Assembly (NCBI RefSeq): GCF_000737315.1
Contig: NZ_JMCB01000001.1
Span: 186,001-250,000 of the forward strand
Length of the DNA: 64,000 bases
Source: Hyalangium minutum
Lineage (GTDB): Bacteria; Myxococcota; Myxococcia; Myxococcales; Myxococcaceae
Direction of reading: 5' to 3'
This document shows, one piece after another, positions 30,800-41,663 of the stretch. The notes beneath the pieces are model-generated. The model was not told the origin of the DNA. It ran no database searches and worked only from the letters and a program-made list of their open reading frames with translations. A program made the position numbers and the translations under genes. Position 1 is the first letter of the stretch, and each line of letters opens with the position of its first letter.

Positions 30800-31972
30800 T
30801 CACCGGGCGCGGCGGCGCTGTGCCCACCGCACCCCCCGTGCAGCCTGGGCCCAGCGCCCCTGGAGGCGCGCCTCGGAAGCCAACGCCTCCTCCCGCGAGG
30901 GCCCCTCCGGCAACAACCTCGCCGCGTGTGAGAGCACGAGCCGCTCCAGCGCCCACTCCTCGCACAGCCGCCTCAGGCCGGGCCCATCCAGCCCACACGC
31001 TCCCAGGAAGACCTCGCGATCCGGAGGCCGCACTCCGTGGCGCCGCCACCACTCGTCCTCGGCCTGCTTCACTTCCTCAGCGGTGGGCTCCAACCCCAAC
31101 GAGCGCGCCCAGCCCGCCAGGAGCGCCCGCCGCAGCCCCGCCTCGGCCAGCGCCGCGCTGTCCGGCTCCTGCTGCAGCACCGCCAGCACTTGGGAGGAGG
31201 ACACCGTCCGCCCCGCCAGCACGGCCACGCCCTCCTCCAACCTGCGCCGCCTCACCTTCGCGGGAAGCGAAGTCCTCACCCCTCCCCGGGGAGGCTTCAC
31301 CGGCGCGGCCGACGCCAGGAACGCCGCCGCCGCCCGGAGGCACGCCTGGGCATCCAGCGCCTGCAGATCCTCCACGCCCCGGGAGAACCATCCCTCCCAG
31401 CTTCCCCACGTGGCTGCGGACCAGGACGGGCGCTCGGCATCCAGGATCCGGCGCCAGGTGCGCTCCGCGTAGTAGAGGCGCTCGGCCACCGTCACCAGCG
31501 TCCGCGCCTGCCGCGCGTTGAGCACCCGCGCCGCCCGCGCCTGGGTCACCACGTGCCGGACATTCACCATCGGCACGGTGAGCGGCCGGTAGCCCTGCTC
31601 GGCGCCGGCGTGCCGCAGCGCCACCTCCGAGTCATCCACCAGCATCCCCGTCCGGTACCACTCGAAGATCTGCCCCACCCCTACCATGCCCTGCGCAGCC
31701 AGTTCCGCCGCGCGCAGCGCCCCCTGCCCTGCGCCCCCGAAGACGGCCACGCCCGCCTCCACCGCGGCCAGCAGCTCCTGGTGCCACACCGGCGGCAGGG
31801 CCTCGCCCACTCCATCGATCAGAGCGATGGCGCGGGGACGCAGCGCGAGCGCCCGCCACACATCCCCTCGGCGGGCCGGAGGCAGCACATGACAATTCAC
31901 CCACCGGCGCGCCTCGCCCACGGGCAGCGAGGGGCCCAGAAAGACAACGAGATCCTCAGGACGGCGTTTCAT
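30800..31972 (-). CDS. tfuA: TfuA-like protein (conserved motifs altered)
   Basis: VFLGPSL, ALIDG, VWHQE, GALRAAE, VGVGQIF, DDSEVA; ATGA-coupled to YcaO. Confidence 0.85.
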   Translation of the reverse strand: MKRRPEDLVVFLGPSLPVGEARRWVNCHVLPPARRGDVWRALALRPRAIALIDGVGEALPPVWHQELLAAVEAGVAVFGGAGQGALRAAELAAQGMVGVGQIFEWYRTGMLVDDSEVALRHAGAEQGYRPLTVPMVNVRHVVTQARAARVLNARQARTLVTVAERLYYAERTWRRILDAERPSWSAATWGSWEGWFSRGVEDLQALDAQACLRAAAAFLASAAPVKPPRGGVRTSLPAKVRRRRLEEGVAVLAGRTVSSSQVLAVLQQEPDSAALAEAGLRRALLAGWARSLGLEPTAEEVKQAEDEWWRRHGVRPPDREVFLGACGLDGPGLRRLCEEWALERLVLSHAARLLPEGPSREEALASEARLQGRWAQAARGVRWAQRRRAR

Positions 31973-33135
31973 GAGAGCTCCGAGATGCGCATGCCCGGCA
32001 CCACCACGCGCCGCACGTGCAGGCCCGACACGGGCGCGTCGAGCGTGAGGGCGGCCACCTGGGTGAAGCCCGCGCTCCGCAGGTGGTTCATCACCCGCCG
32101 CACGCTCCGCACCGGCGAGGCCTCCTCTGCGGCGAAGTCCGGCATGGTGTCGGCTTGACGCTTGGGGCGCACCGACGCACAGACCCGGGCGAGGCCTCGC
32201 ACCGCCCCGCGCTCCGCCGAGGACAACGGCTGCGGCGTCCCCTGCAGTGCCGAGAGCCGGGCACACGCGGCCTCCAGCAACGCACGCAGCAGCGCCTGAT
32301 CCCTCCCCAGCGCGCACGCATACCCCACCGTGAGCGGCACTGGCCCGTCCTCTTCATCCACCAGCACCGCCGCGGCCACCGGAAGCCCCACCGCCCCCGG
32401 TGTCCGCGAGGTGGGCGTCGCATCAAAGAGGTACACGCCAAACCCTCGCTTCTTCAAAATCCTGGCCAGCGCCTCCGTGCGAGGCGCCGCTCGCCCCAGC
32501 ACCACGGGCCCCAGCATGCGCCGCCGCATGGCCTCCTCCGTCCACCCGTCCGGCAGCGCCCGGGCGAGCTGATCCCGCTTCGTCGCCTCCAGCAGCGCCT
32601 GCAACAGCGCGCGCTGGGCATCTGGATCCGCCCCCGTGCCGTTGCGCGTCCACATCACGCTCACCGGCCCCAGCGCCACCGCGCCCGCGGGCGGGCAATG
32701 CACCCCCTGCGCCGGCACCCAGACGTTCCTCCGCGAGTGCAGCTCCGTGGCCTGCCTCCACGCGCACCGCACGGAGTCCCCCCACAGCCGGGGCTCCACC
32801 AGCCTCCCCGCCGAGCCCAGCGCCTCGGCGCTCCAGGCCTCACCGCTGCGCGGATCCAGCTCCGCGCGCGCGGCCCACACCAGCTGGCTCGTGGGGACGT
32901 GCTCCGCGGCCCAGAGCACCGCCGTCTCATAAAGCGCGCTCAGAGCCGCGTGCTCGAAGGTCAACCCCGGGCCCGAGCACGCTCCGAGCCCAGGGCTGCC
33001 GGGCCTCACGGCGCACGCCACCTCCACCCCCGTACGGTCCAATCCCGTCACCCTGGCCACACGGGTGACCTCCATGGCCTCAGCCAGCCGCTCTTGGAAA
33101 ATCTGCGAGACAAGGACGTGTTTGGTAGGAAGCAC
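31969..33135 (-). CDS. ycaO: YcaO-like protein, TfuA-associated type (catalytic motifs altered)
   Basis: VTRVARVTGLDRTG, NG, LLEA..RD, C-terminal VVVPG; start codon uncertain (33135 GTG or 33144 TTG). Confidence 0.85.
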   Translation of the reverse strand: MLPTKHVLVSQIFQERLAEAMEVTRVARVTGLDRTGVEVACAVRPGSPGLGACSGPGLTFEHAALSALYETAVLWAAEHVPTSQLVWAARAELDPRSGEAWSAEALGSAGRLVEPRLWGDSVRCAWRQATELHSRRNVWVPAQGVHCPPAGAVALGPVSVMWTRNGTGADPDAQRALLQALLEATKRDQLARALPDGWTEEAMRRRMLGPVVLGRAAPRTEALARILKKRGFGVYLFDATPTSRTPGAVGLPVAAAVLVDEEDGPVPLTVGYACALGRDQALLRALLEAACARLSALQGTPQPLSSAERGAVRGLARVCASVRPKRQADTMPDFAAEEASPVRSVRRVMNHLRSAGFTQVAALTLDAPVSGLHVRRVVVPGMRISELS

Positions 33136-33239
33136 GGCACACAACCTTAACTCGAAAACGAGCCCCGCAATCCACCCATCGTTTGCGCCCCCAGCCGCAT
33201 GGAGCGTGATAGGGGGGGAAAACAGAGGGAGTACGCCGG

Positions 33240-33725
33240 ATGATTCAGGTTGGAGATCCAGCGCCGGACTTCACCGCCACCGACTGCCAGGGGCGCCCCC
33301 TCTCCCTCTCCTCACTCCGAGGGCGGCGCGTGGTGCTGTTCTTCTTCCCCAAGGCGTTCACCATCGGCTGCACCCTCGAAGTGCGCGCTTTCCGGGACAA
33401 CCAGGCCCGCATCGAGGCGCTGGGCGCGAACCTGGTCGGAGTGTCCGTGGACTCCGTGGCCACCCAGTGCGCCTTCGCCGCCCGGGAGCACATCCACTTC
33501 GCCCTCCTCGGAGACGACGAGCGCCGCATCAGCAAGGCCTATGATGTGCTCTGGCCCGTGCTGAACGTGGATCGCCGCGTCACCTTCATCCTCGGGCCGG
33601 ACGGCAAGGTGGAGGCCGTCATCCGCCACGAGGCCCGCGTCTACCGGCACCTGGATGACGTCTTGCGTTACCTCCAGGACCACCCGCTCCCCGCCGCCCC
33701 GGGCACTGGGCCCTCACGCGGCTAG
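33240..33725 (+). CDS. Peroxiredoxin, Bcp/AhpC-TSA type
   Basis: GDPAPDF, FFFPKAFTIGCTLE, RVTFIL. Confidence 0.9.
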   Translation: MIQVGDPAPDFTATDCQGRPLSLSSLRGRRVVLFFFPKAFTIGCTLEVRAFRDNQARIEALGANLVGVSVDSVATQCAFAAREHIHFALLGDDERRISKAYDVLWPVLNVDRRVTFILGPDGKVEAVIRHEARVYRHLDDVLRYLQDHPLPAAPGTGPSRG

Positions 33726-34306
33726 TCCCACTGACAGAGGTACTCGCAGTGAGGCGCACCCTTGGCGACACACTTGGGGTGGGTGACGCGGACGGCGCTG
33801 CCGCCGGACAGCTCGATGGCGCGCTGGTGCCAGCCGACAATGGTGAGGCAGTCCGTCTCGGTGACGTTCTCCGCCCCGAAGGTGCGCAGGATGGCCGAGC
33901 GCGGGCCGAGCTTCTCGTAGGTGCGCGAGCCGACGGCGTAATAGAAGCGGTAGATCTGCGGCGCCTGGCTGAGCAGGAAGTGCGGCTCGCCCGGGCGCAC
34001 GAAGACGTGCTGGGCGCCCTTGAGGTTCTCGTCCGCCGAGGCCCGGCCCATGTCCATGAAGGCCCGGGTGCGGTCCTCGGGGGACAGCACGTCCGCGATG
34101 GCCGCGTCCAGGCGCAGGTTCAGATCGAACGGGTACCAGTTGATCGGAAGGATCATCTTCCGCAGCAGCGTCTGGTCCGCCGGAGGCAACCGCTTCAGCA
34201 CCTCCTCCAGACGCGCCTGCCCCCCCTGCTGGCGCACCAGGTTCAGCCGGGAGATGAGCACCGTGCCCTTGATGCGCGAGTGAGAGGGAGAACCGGCCGT
34301 GGCCAT
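33722..34306 (-). CDS. Myxococcales-restricted TIGR02265-like protein (V4R-like C-terminus)
   Basis: IKGTVL, WYP, GWHQRAIEL, C-x6-CEY-x2-W end. Confidence 0.7.
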   Translation of the reverse strand: MATAGSPSHSRIKGTVLISRLNLVRQQGGQARLEEVLKRLPPADQTLLRKMILPINWYPFDLNLRLDAAIADVLSPEDRTRAFMDMGRASADENLKGAQHVFVRPGEPHFLLSQAPQIYRFYYAVGSRTYEKLGPRSAILRTFGAENVTETDCLTIVGWHQRAIELSGGSAVRVTHPKCVAKGAPHCEYLCQWD

Positions 34307-34423
34307 GGAGGGGAGCGGCATCTTGGCAGTGACGTATGCGACGGGGCAACCCTCTGCAACTGCTGCGAAGAGCGCCTGGGAAGCCTGGTCGCTTGCCCCC
34401 TCCGAAGCTCGGCGGGAGACCCG

Positions 34424-34453
34424 GTTTGTAACCTTTTGTCCCTCTCCGTGTTC
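34424..34453 (+). promoter_or_regulatory. Putative ECF sigma autoregulatory promoter (TGTAACC-N16-GTTC)
   Basis: AAC-containing -35 and GTT -10 spaced 16 nt, 40 nt upstream of the sigma ATG; same motif upstream of the TolC gene. Confidence 0.45.
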
Positions 34454-34492
34454 CCATTCCATGTGAAGGTCTGGCACACAGAGGGAGTCCCC

Positions 34493-35101
34493 ATGCGCCC
34501 CCGGTTGGCGGTGGCAAGCGCCCCTGCCCCTACAGATGAGGAGCTGTGCCGAGCCTTCCTGGATGGGGACGAGGCCGCCTTTGGCGTGCTGGTAGAGCGA
34601 TATCGCACCCTGGTCCTCTCGCTGGTCCGCCGCTTCGTCCCCCGGCCCGAGGACGCGGCGGACCTGGCGCAGCAGGCCTTTTTGAGGGCGTTGGAGGCCT
34701 CGCACCGCGTCTTCCTGAACTGGAAGTGGACGAGCTCCACCCCCTTCCGCTCCTGGCTGGTGCGGATTGCGCTCAACCTGGCGAAGAACCATGCGCGCCA
34801 GGGGAACCGCTGGCGCACCGCCCTGCTGACAGAGGTGGAGGATGCCTCGGCGGACCCGGGCGAGTCCCCCCAGGAGCGGCTGGAGCAGCAGGAGCGCGAG
34901 CGGCGCCTCCAGGCTGCGGTGATCGCCCTGCCCCGCCGCCAGCGCGAGGTCCTCACCCTCCGGGTGGATGCGGACCTGCCCTTTCGAGACATCGCCGAGA
35001 CACTCGGCATCACCGAGAACAATGCCAAGGTGCAGTTCCACCACGCCGTGAAGCGCCTGAAGGCGGAGGTGGCTGGCGCGCCAGAGGAGACGGACGAATG
35101 A
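34493..35101 (+). CDS. ECF RNA polymerase sigma factor
   Basis: DAADLAQQAF, FRSWLVRIALN, LPRRQREVLTL, IAETLGI. Confidence 0.93.
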   Translation: MRPRLAVASAPAPTDEELCRAFLDGDEAAFGVLVERYRTLVLSLVRRFVPRPEDAADLAQQAFLRALEASHRVFLNWKWTSSTPFRSWLVRIALNLAKNHARQGNRWRTALLTEVEDASADPGESPQERLEQQERERRLQAAVIALPRRQREVLTLRVDADLPFRDIAETLGITENNAKVQFHHAVKRLKAEVAGAPEETDE

Positions 35102-35646
35102 ACGCGTGCCCCGAGTACGAGGAGCTGCTGACGCTCCATGCCACCGGAGCGCTGGAGGCCCAGGACGAAGCTCGCGTCCGCGCGCACCTGGCCTCTTGCA
35201 CCGCGTGCCGAAGTGAGGCCGAGTCGACCGCGCGCCTCCTCTCGACCGTGGCGCTGCCGGCGCCCTCGCCAGCAATGCGGCAACGAATGGACACGCTGCC
35301 TCAGCGGACGCTGGGGGCGTGGCGGCGCGAGCAGGTGCGCCAGGCCTTCCGGGCCCGGACCGTGGGCGCGATGCTGGCTGCGGCGGCAACGGTATTGCTG
35401 GTGGTGAGCCCGTCGCTGCGAGGCGCGGGTCAGCCCAAGGGAACCGTGGCGCTGCCGACCGCAGTCTCGCAGCAGGAGGCAGAGTCCGAGTCCGAGTTTG
35501 AGCAGTGGGCCGTCGCGGATCCGCTCGGCGATGAGCTGGACGCACTGCTGGCCGATGAGGACTTGGACGAGTGGGACGAAGACGCCGAGATGGAGCCGTC
35601 CGCGAGTGAGCTGTTCTTGAACCCGAACCTGGGAGAGATGCCGTGA
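35098..35646 (+). CDS. zf-HC2 anti-sigma factor
   Basis: HLASCTAC (HxxxCxxC), TM helix, overlap with sigma stop. Confidence 0.85.
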   Translation: MNACPEYEELLTLHATGALEAQDEARVRAHLASCTACRSEAESTARLLSTVALPAPSPAMRQRMDTLPQRTLGAWRREQVRQAFRARTVGAMLAAAATVLLVVSPSLRGAGQPKGTVALPTAVSQQEAESESEFEQWAVADPLGDELDALLADEDLDEWDEDAEMEPSASELFLNPNLGEMP

Positions 35647-36173
35647 TGAAGCCGATTCGAGTGGCAGTGCTGACCCTGGCCTTGTTGCCGATGGCCGCGC
35701 TCGCGGCGGATCCGAATGCCCAAGCCCAGGCCCAGGCCCAGGCCGAGCAACGGGCGGAGAAGCAGCTGCGCCTGGCGCGGGTGCTGGGACTCGCCGAGGA
35801 ACTGGAGCTGGACTCACAGCAGGCCCTGAAGCTGGACGAGACGCTGCGCAAGTTCGACGAGCGGCGCCGCCCGCTGCGCGAGCAGGTCCGCGAGTCGGCG
35901 GACATCCTCGAGCGAGCGGCCGACGGGGACACCGCGGCGCTGGGCCAGGTGGAGCAGGCGGCGCAGCACGCGTTCGATGCCAGGGCACAGCTGGCGGCGC
36001 TGGATCGGGAGATGTACCAGTCGCTCTCCCGGGATCTGCCGCCGCAGAAGCGGGCGAAGCTGGCGCTCTTCATGGCGCGCTTCGAGAACCGGTTCAACAA
36101 GAAGCTCCGCGGGGAGCTGCGCGAGAAGGTGAAGAAGATGAACCGGTTCCGCGCACTGGACAACCAGGGCTGA
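35643..36173 (+). CDS. Periplasmic helical protein, Spy/CpxP/heavy-metal-sensor-like
   Basis: Signal peptide (ALA), coiled-coil content, LPPQKRAKL motif. Confidence 0.65.
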   Translation: MMKPIRVAVLTLALLPMAALAADPNAQAQAQAQAEQRAEKQLRLARVLGLAEELELDSQQALKLDETLRKFDERRRPLREQVRESADILERAADGDTAALGQVEQAAQHAFDARAQLAALDREMYQSLSRDLPPQKRAKLALFMARFENRFNKKLRGELREKVKKMNRFRALDNQG

Positions 36174-36191
36174 GCCTCTCGGACCGGGCCG

Positions 36192-39100
36192 TCACCGAGC
36201 GGTGGCCCGGGCCTTGCGCTCCTCGCCCTGTGCGAACAGGGCCTTGAGCACGCGCCCGGTCGCCGTCTTCATCTTGCACAGCTCCCGAGGCGTTCCCTCC
36301 GCCACGATGCGGCCGCCCTCCTCGCCTCCCTCGGGCCCCAGCTCCACAACGTGCTCCGCGGAGGCGATGACGGACGGGTGGTGCTCGATCACCACCAGCG
36401 TGTCTCCCCGATCCACCAGCCGCCCCAGGAAGGTGATGAGCCGGTCCACGTCGCCCAGGTGGAGTCCCGTGGTGGGCTCGTCGAGCACGTAGAGCGTCGG
36501 CTCGTGGCGCGAGTTCGCCGTCAGCTCCGCCGCCAGCTTGAGCCGCTGGGCCTCGCCGCCGGACAGCGTGTTGGAGCCCTGGCCCAACTGCAGGTACCCC
36601 ACACCGAGGTCCGAGAGGCACTCCAGCGGCGCGGCCACCTTGGGCAGCGCGCGGAAGACCTCCTTGGCCTCGTCGGCGGACAGCCGCAGCACCTCGCCGA
36701 TGGTGAGCCCGTGGTAGCGCACCTCGAGAGTGGCCGCATCAAAGCGGGCCCCGCCGCACACCTCGCACGGCGTCACCACGTCCGGGAGGAACGCCATCTC
36801 GTGGGAGATGGCCCCTTGCCCCTCGCATGCCGGGCACCGGCCTCCAGCGGCGGTGTTGAAGGAGAAGCGTGCCGGACCGAAGCCCCGGATCTTGGCCTCG
36901 GGAGTGGCGGCGAAGGCGCGGCGCAGCTCGTCCCAGATGCCGAGGAACGTCGCCGGCACCGAGCGCGGTGTGCGCCCGATGGGAGACTGGTCCACCGCCA
37001 GCACGCGGGAGATCGCCTCCACGCCGTGCAGCGATTCGAACGGCCCAGGCTTCGGCCCCACCAGTCCAAGCTTCTCGCGCAGCGCCGGGTACAGCACCTG
37101 GCGGATGAGCGTGCTCTTGCCCGAACCGGAGACGCCGGAGACGACCGTGAGCCTCCTGACAGGCAGCCGGAGATCGACGCGCTTCAGGTTGTTGGCGCGG
37201 GCACCCTTCAGCTCGAGCCACTTCTGGGGCTCTCCGCGAGTGCTGGGAGGGCGAATCTGCGAGGCCCGGAGCGCCTTCGCGGTCGGTGAGTCCTCCCGTT
37301 GCAGCACGTCCTCCGGAGCGCCCTCGGCGAGGATGCGCCCACCGCCACGTCCGCCCGTGGGCCCCAGATCGATGAGGTGGTCCGCCGCGCGGATGGTGTC
37401 CGTGTCGTGCTCCACCACGAGCACGGAAGACCCCGTGTCCACGAGCGCCCGGAGGTTGGACAGCAGCCGGTGGGTGTCGCGCGGGTGCAGGCCAATGGTG
37501 GGCTCGTCGAGCACGTACAGCGCCCCCGTGAGCCCCGCTCCGAGCTGTGCCGAGAGGCGCAGCCGCTGCATCTCGCCTCCCGAGAGCGTGGCGGCGGCGC
37601 GATCCAATGAGAGGTAGCCCAGCCCCACGCGATCGAGGAACTCCAGGCGCCGGACAAGCTCCTGGCGCGAGGGCTCACCGATGAGCGCCCGATCCCCACG
37701 GAACTTCCAGCCCTGGACACGCGCCAGCGTGGCGGTGACGGAGTTCTGCACCACCTCGTGGTACCGCGCGTTCTCCAACCTCACGGCGCGAGGCACCGGA
37801 GACAGACGCGAGCCCTGACAGGTACGGCACGGAGCGGTGTGGCCCTCGGCGATGGCCTCGGCGCCGCCCTCGACACCTGTGCCCTCACAGGCCTCGCAGC
37901 GCCCCTGCTTCGTATTGAAGGAGAACCAGCGTGGGTCCAGCTCCGGCACAGCGGTTCCACAGCGAGGACAGGTGCGCTCGGTGGACAGCAGCGTCTCGCC
38001 CTTGGCGCTCCGCACTTTCAGCGCGCCCTGGCCCCAGCCCAGCGCCCGATCGAACACAGGGCGAGGCAGCTTGGCCAGCTTGCCCTCGTACATGACGAGG
38101 TCGATGTCGTGCTCGCGTGTCTTCGTCAGCCGTGGCGGGTTGTCCGTGTTGGCGATCTGCCCGTCCACGATGGCCGTGGTGATCCCCGCGCGAGCCGCCG
38201 CCGCGAAGAGATCCAGGTACGTTCCCTTGCGAGCCCGGACCGCGGGAGCCAGCACGGTGCCGTCCCCCTTCGACTCGGTGAGCTGTGCGTACAGCGCATC
38301 CGGCGAGGTGGAGGCAATCGGCGAGTCATCGTTCGGGCAGTGCGGCTGGCCCAGCTTGGCGAACAGGAGGCGCAGGTAGTGAGCCACCTCCGTCACGGTG
38401 GCCACGGTGCTCGTAGCGCCCGCGCGCGAGGTGCGCTGCTCCAGGGCCACGGTGGGCGGGATGCTGCTGATGCGCTCCACGTCCGGCCGAGGCATGGTCG
38501 GCAAGAACTGCCGCGCATACGGCGTCAGCGTCTCCAGGAAGCGCCGCTGGCCCTCGGCAAAGACGACGTCGAACGCCAGCGAGCTCTTCCCCGAGCCGCT
38601 GGGCCCCGTCACCACCGTCATCTTCCCCAGGGGAATGCGGCAGGAGATCTCCTGGAGGTTGTGCTCGCGCGCATGCTCCACCTCGATGGCCGGGCTGCCC
38701 GCGGCGGCCTTCCGAGGCTTCGCTGGGCGCCGAGCCCCGGTGCTCTCCTCGCGCAGGGCCGCTGCGGTGAGACCTGAGCCCTTGGCCAACTCGGCGGGAG
38801 TGCCCTCGGCCACCAGACGCCCACCATGCCGCCCACCGCCCGGTCCCAGATCGATGATCCAGTCCGAGCCCCGCATGACGGAGAGGTCATGGTCCACGAC
38901 GACGACGCTAGCGCCCCGCCCCACCAACTCGTGCAGCGCCGCGAGCACATGGCGCACATCGAGCTCATGCAGGCCCGCGCTCGGCTCGTCGATCAGGAAG
39001 AGCGAGCCCTTGGCCTCACTCGCCAGCGCCCGGGCCAACTTCAGCCGCTGCGCCTCGCCCCCCGAGAGCGTGGAGAGCGGCTGCCCGAGCGACAGGTAGC

Positions 39101-41489
39101 CCAGGCCGAGCCGCGCCACGGGCCCCAGGGTGCGCTTCAGCGCGGTATCGTCCCCGAAGTGCTTCAGTACCTCGTCCACGGTGAGCTCCAGCACCTGCGC
39201 GACGCTGAAGCCCTGGTGCTGGACGGCGAGCACCTCCTCCTTGAAGCGCCGGCCCCGGCAGACGGCGCAGCGCAGCGCCACGTCCGCGAGGAACTGCATC
39301 TCCACCGTCTCGTAGCCCTCGCCCGAGCAGGCCTCGCAGCGGCCCTTGTCCACGTTGAAGGAGAAGTGGGCGGCGGTCAGGCCTCGCACCTCGGCCTCGG
39401 GCTCCGAGGCGAAGCGCTCGCGCAGCCGATCCCAGGCCTTGGTGTACGTGGCGGCATTGCCTCGCGAGGTGCGCCCCAGCGGCGACTGGTCCACGAAGGT
39501 GATGGACTTCACCGTCTCGGCGCCCTCCAGCGCGTCTACCGCCCCAGGGGCCTCGATGTCCTTCTCCCCCAGTCCGCGCGCCAGGTGCCGGTAGAGCACC
39601 TCGTCCATCAGCGTGCTCTTGCCCGAACCACTCGGCCCCGTGATGGCGCACAGCACTCCCAGCGGAACGCGCACCGTCAAACCCTGGAGGTTGTGCTCAT
39701 GGGCATTGCGCACGACCAGCTCCCCCGTGCGCTGCCGAGTCGTGCGCGGCGTCTCCTGCGTCCCCGCCAGGAGCTGACCCGTGGGAAGGTCCGTCCGCTT
39801 CGCCAGGGCCTCGGGCGGACCATCGAAGCACAGCTTCCCGCCGTGCTTGCCCGCGCCAGGCCCCAACTCCAGGACCCGGTGGGCGGAGCGGATGACGTGC
39901 TCGTCCTGCTCGATGACGAGCGTGACGTTCCCTCGCTCCGCCAGCTCGGCCATGGCCTCGGTGAGCGGGCGTACGTCGCTGGGGTGGAGGCCCACGGTGG
40001 GCTCGTCCAGGACGAAGAGGGCCCCCGTGAGCGACGTGCCGAGCGCCGCGGTGAGCGACACGCGCTGGGCCTCGCCTCCGGAGAGCGTCCGCGCGGGCCG
40101 ATCCAGCGTGAGGTAACCCAACCCCACACGCAGCAAGTAGCGGAGCCGGCTGGCCAGCTCCTTGCGCGCCAGCTCGCCCTGGCCGGTGGTGGTGCGCAGC
40201 GACTCCAGGCGCTCGCACGCGTCGGACAGCTCCAGCCGGTGCCAGGCCGCCAGATCCAGCCCCCCCACGCGGTACGCCAGGGCCTGCTCGTTCAGCCGAG
40301 CCCCCTGGCACTTCTCGCAGAGCGAGTACGCCCGGTAGCGCGAGAGCAGCACGCGCACGTGCATCTTGTACGTGCGGCTCTCCATCCATCGGAACCACGC
40401 GCGCACGCCGGGGTACGAGCGCCCATCGTGGTAGTCACCCTCGCCCTCCAGCACCATCTCCCGCTGCTCCGGCTGGAGCGAGCTCCACGGCGTGTCCAGG
40501 GGGATGCCCATGGCCTTGGCGTAGCGGTGGAGCATGTTGCGCTCCCATTCCGAGGTCTTCCCGGACCACGGCCGGATGGCCCCCTGCGCGAGGCTGAGCG
40601 AGGGATTGGGGATGACCTTGTCCCAGTCGATGCCGATGGTGCGCCCGAAGCCCCGGCACGTGGCGCACGCGCCCGTGGGGGACTGGTAGCTGAAGAGCCC
40701 CGGGCGTGCGGGCTCGAACTCACGCGCGCACTTCGGGCACACGAGGCCTCGGCGGATGCGCCGCGTAGCGCCACCGGGGAGGAACAGCATGGCCTCGCCC
40801 TCGCTGCGCGCCCACGCGTCCTCGACCGCCTGGGTAAGGCGGGAGAGCTGCCCCTGCGCCAGCTTCACGCGATCCACCACCACCTGGGCGACGCCCGCGG
40901 AGTCCGTCGCCTCGCTCGGCCGCAGCGCCTCCAGCTCCCGCACCTCGCCCTGCACCACGAGCCGGTGGTAGCCGTCCTTGAGCAGCCGGGCGCGCACATC
41001 GAGGAACTCGGCGGTGCCAGCAATGCGCACGGGCCACGTGAGGATGACCTGCGCGTCCGGGTGCTCGGAGATGGCCGCCGCTGCCGCCACGCGCGCGTCC
41101 GTCCGGACTGCCTCCACGCCACAGGCGGGACATACCGGCATGGCCTCCCGGGTGAAGAGCGCGGAGAGGTAGGCCTCCACGTCCGCCAGCGTGGCCACTG
41201 TGGAGCGCGAGCTCTTCACGGGGGCCCGGCGATCCACTGCCACGCCGGCCGCCACCGGCTCGAGCTGGTCCATGGGCGGCCGCTCCAGCCGCTCGAGGAA
41301 CTGGCGAGCGTACGGGCTGAAGCTCTCCACGAAGCGCCGCTGGCCCTCGGCGTAGAGCGTGTCGAGCGCAAGGCTCGATTTCCCGGCACCGGAGACCCCG
41401 GTGATGCAGACGAGCTCTCCTTCCGAGAGATCCACGGAGAGCGATTGGAGGTTGTGGGTACGGGCGCCTACAAGGTGCGTCTTATGCAT
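36192..41489 (-). CDS. uvrA: Excinuclease ABC subunit A, tandem-duplicated form (1765 aa, four NBDs)
   Basis: Four Walker A ([16 protein letters not shown] x2, GVSGSGKS), four LSGGE and DEP motifs, CxxC zinc fingers. Confidence 0.93.
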   Translation of the reverse strand: MHKTHLVGARTHNLQSLSVDLSEGELVCITGVSGAGKSSLALDTLYAEGQRRFVESFSPYARQFLERLERPPMDQLEPVAAGVAVDRRAPVKSSRSTVATLADVEAYLSALFTREAMPVCPACGVEAVRTDARVAAAAAISEHPDAQVILTWPVRIAGTAEFLDVRARLLKDGYHRLVVQGEVRELEALRPSEATDSAGVAQVVVDRVKLAQGQLSRLTQAVEDAWARSEGEAMLFLPGGATRRIRRGLVCPKCAREFEPARPGLFSYQSPTGACATCRGFGRTIGIDWDKVIPNPSLSLAQGAIRPWSGKTSEWERNMLHRYAKAMGIPLDTPWSSLQPEQREMVLEGEGDYHDGRSYPGVRAWFRWMESRTYKMHVRVLLSRYRAYSLCEKCQGARLNEQALAYRVGGLDLAAWHRLELSDACERLESLRTTTGQGELARKELASRLRYLLRVGLGYLTLDRPARTLSGGEAQRVSLTAALGTSLTGALFVLDEPTVGLHPSDVRPLTEAMAELAERGNVTLVIEQDEHVIRSAHRVLELGPGAGKHGGKLCFDGPPEALAKRTDLPTGQLLAGTQETPRTTRQRTGELVVRNAHEHNLQGLTVRVPLGVLCAITGPSGSGKSTLMDEVLYRHLARGLGEKDIEAPGAVDALEGAETVKSITFVDQSPLGRTSRGNAATYTKAWDRLRERFASEPEAEVRGLTAAHFSFNVDKGRCEACSGEGYETVEMQFLADVALRCAVCRGRRFKEEVLAVQHQGFSVAQVLELTVDEVLKHFGDDTALKRTLGPVARLGLGYLSLGQPLSTLSGGEAQRLKLARALASEAKGSLFLIDEPSAGLHELDVRHVLAALHELVGRGASVVVVDHDLSVMRGSDWIIDLGPGGGRHGGRLVAEGTPAELAKGSGLTAAALREESTGARRPAKPRKAAAGSPAIEVEHAREHNLQEISCRIPLGKMTVVTGPSGSGKSSLAFDVVFAEGQRRFLETLTPYARQFLPTMPRPDVERISSIPPTVALEQRTSRAGATSTVATVTEVAHYLRLLFAKLGQPHCPNDDSPIASTSPDALYAQLTESKGDGTVLAPAVRARKGTYLDLFAAAARAGITTAIVDGQIANTDNPPRLTKTREHDIDLVMYEGKLAKLPRPVFDRALGWGQGALKVRSAKGETLLSTERTCPRCGTAVPELDPRWFSFNTKQGRCEACEGTGVEGGAEAIAEGHTAPCRTCQGSRLSPVPRAVRLENARYHEVVQNSVTATLARVQGWKFRGDRALIGEPSRQELVRRLEFLDRVGLGYLSLDRAAATLSGGEMQRLRLSAQLGAGLTGALYVLDEPTIGLHPRDTHRLLSNLRALVDTGSSVLVVEHDTDTIRAADHLIDLGPTGGRGGGRILAEGAPEDVLQREDSPTAKALRASQIRPPSTRGEPQKWLELKGARANNLKRVDLRLPVRRLTVVSGVSGSGKSTLIRQVLYPALREKLGLVGPKPGPFESLHGVEAISRVLAVDQSPIGRTPRSVPATFLGIWDELRRAFAATPEAKIRGFGPARFSFNTAAGGRCPACEGQGAISHEMAFLPDVVTPCEVCGGARFDAATLEVRYHGLTIGEVLRLSADEAKEVFRALPKVAAPLECLSDLGVGYLQLGQGSNTLSGGEAQRLKLAAELTANSRHEPTLYVLDEPTTGLHLGDVDRLITFLGRLVDRGDTLVVIEHHPSVIASAEHVVELGPEGGEEGGRIVAEGTPRELCKMKTATGRVLKALFAQGEERKARATAR

Positions 41490-41602
41490 GGAGGCCGCGT
41501 CATTTAACGGCTGGATTGGCTCTCGCCAAGCTTATCCATCAGGTTGGATCCCCAGGCGGACGGTGGCCTGCCTACTCCCTCGTCGAGGAGCCTCCCCATC
41601 CC

Positions 41603-41639
41603 AAAAGAAAGGGCCGCCACGCTCGCGCGTAACGGCCCT
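41603..41639 (-). terminator. Rho-independent terminator after the TonB receptor gene
   Basis: Minus strand agggccg...cggccct followed by ttctttt. Confidence 0.8.
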
Positions 41640-41663
41640 GGGAACTTCAGACCTCGGACTGGC

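Noticed and set aside
30800-33240. RiPP (thioamitide) biosynthetic gene cluster
   Set aside because: No precursor peptide, protease/exporter or tailoring genes adjacent, and the catalytic motifs appear degenerate.
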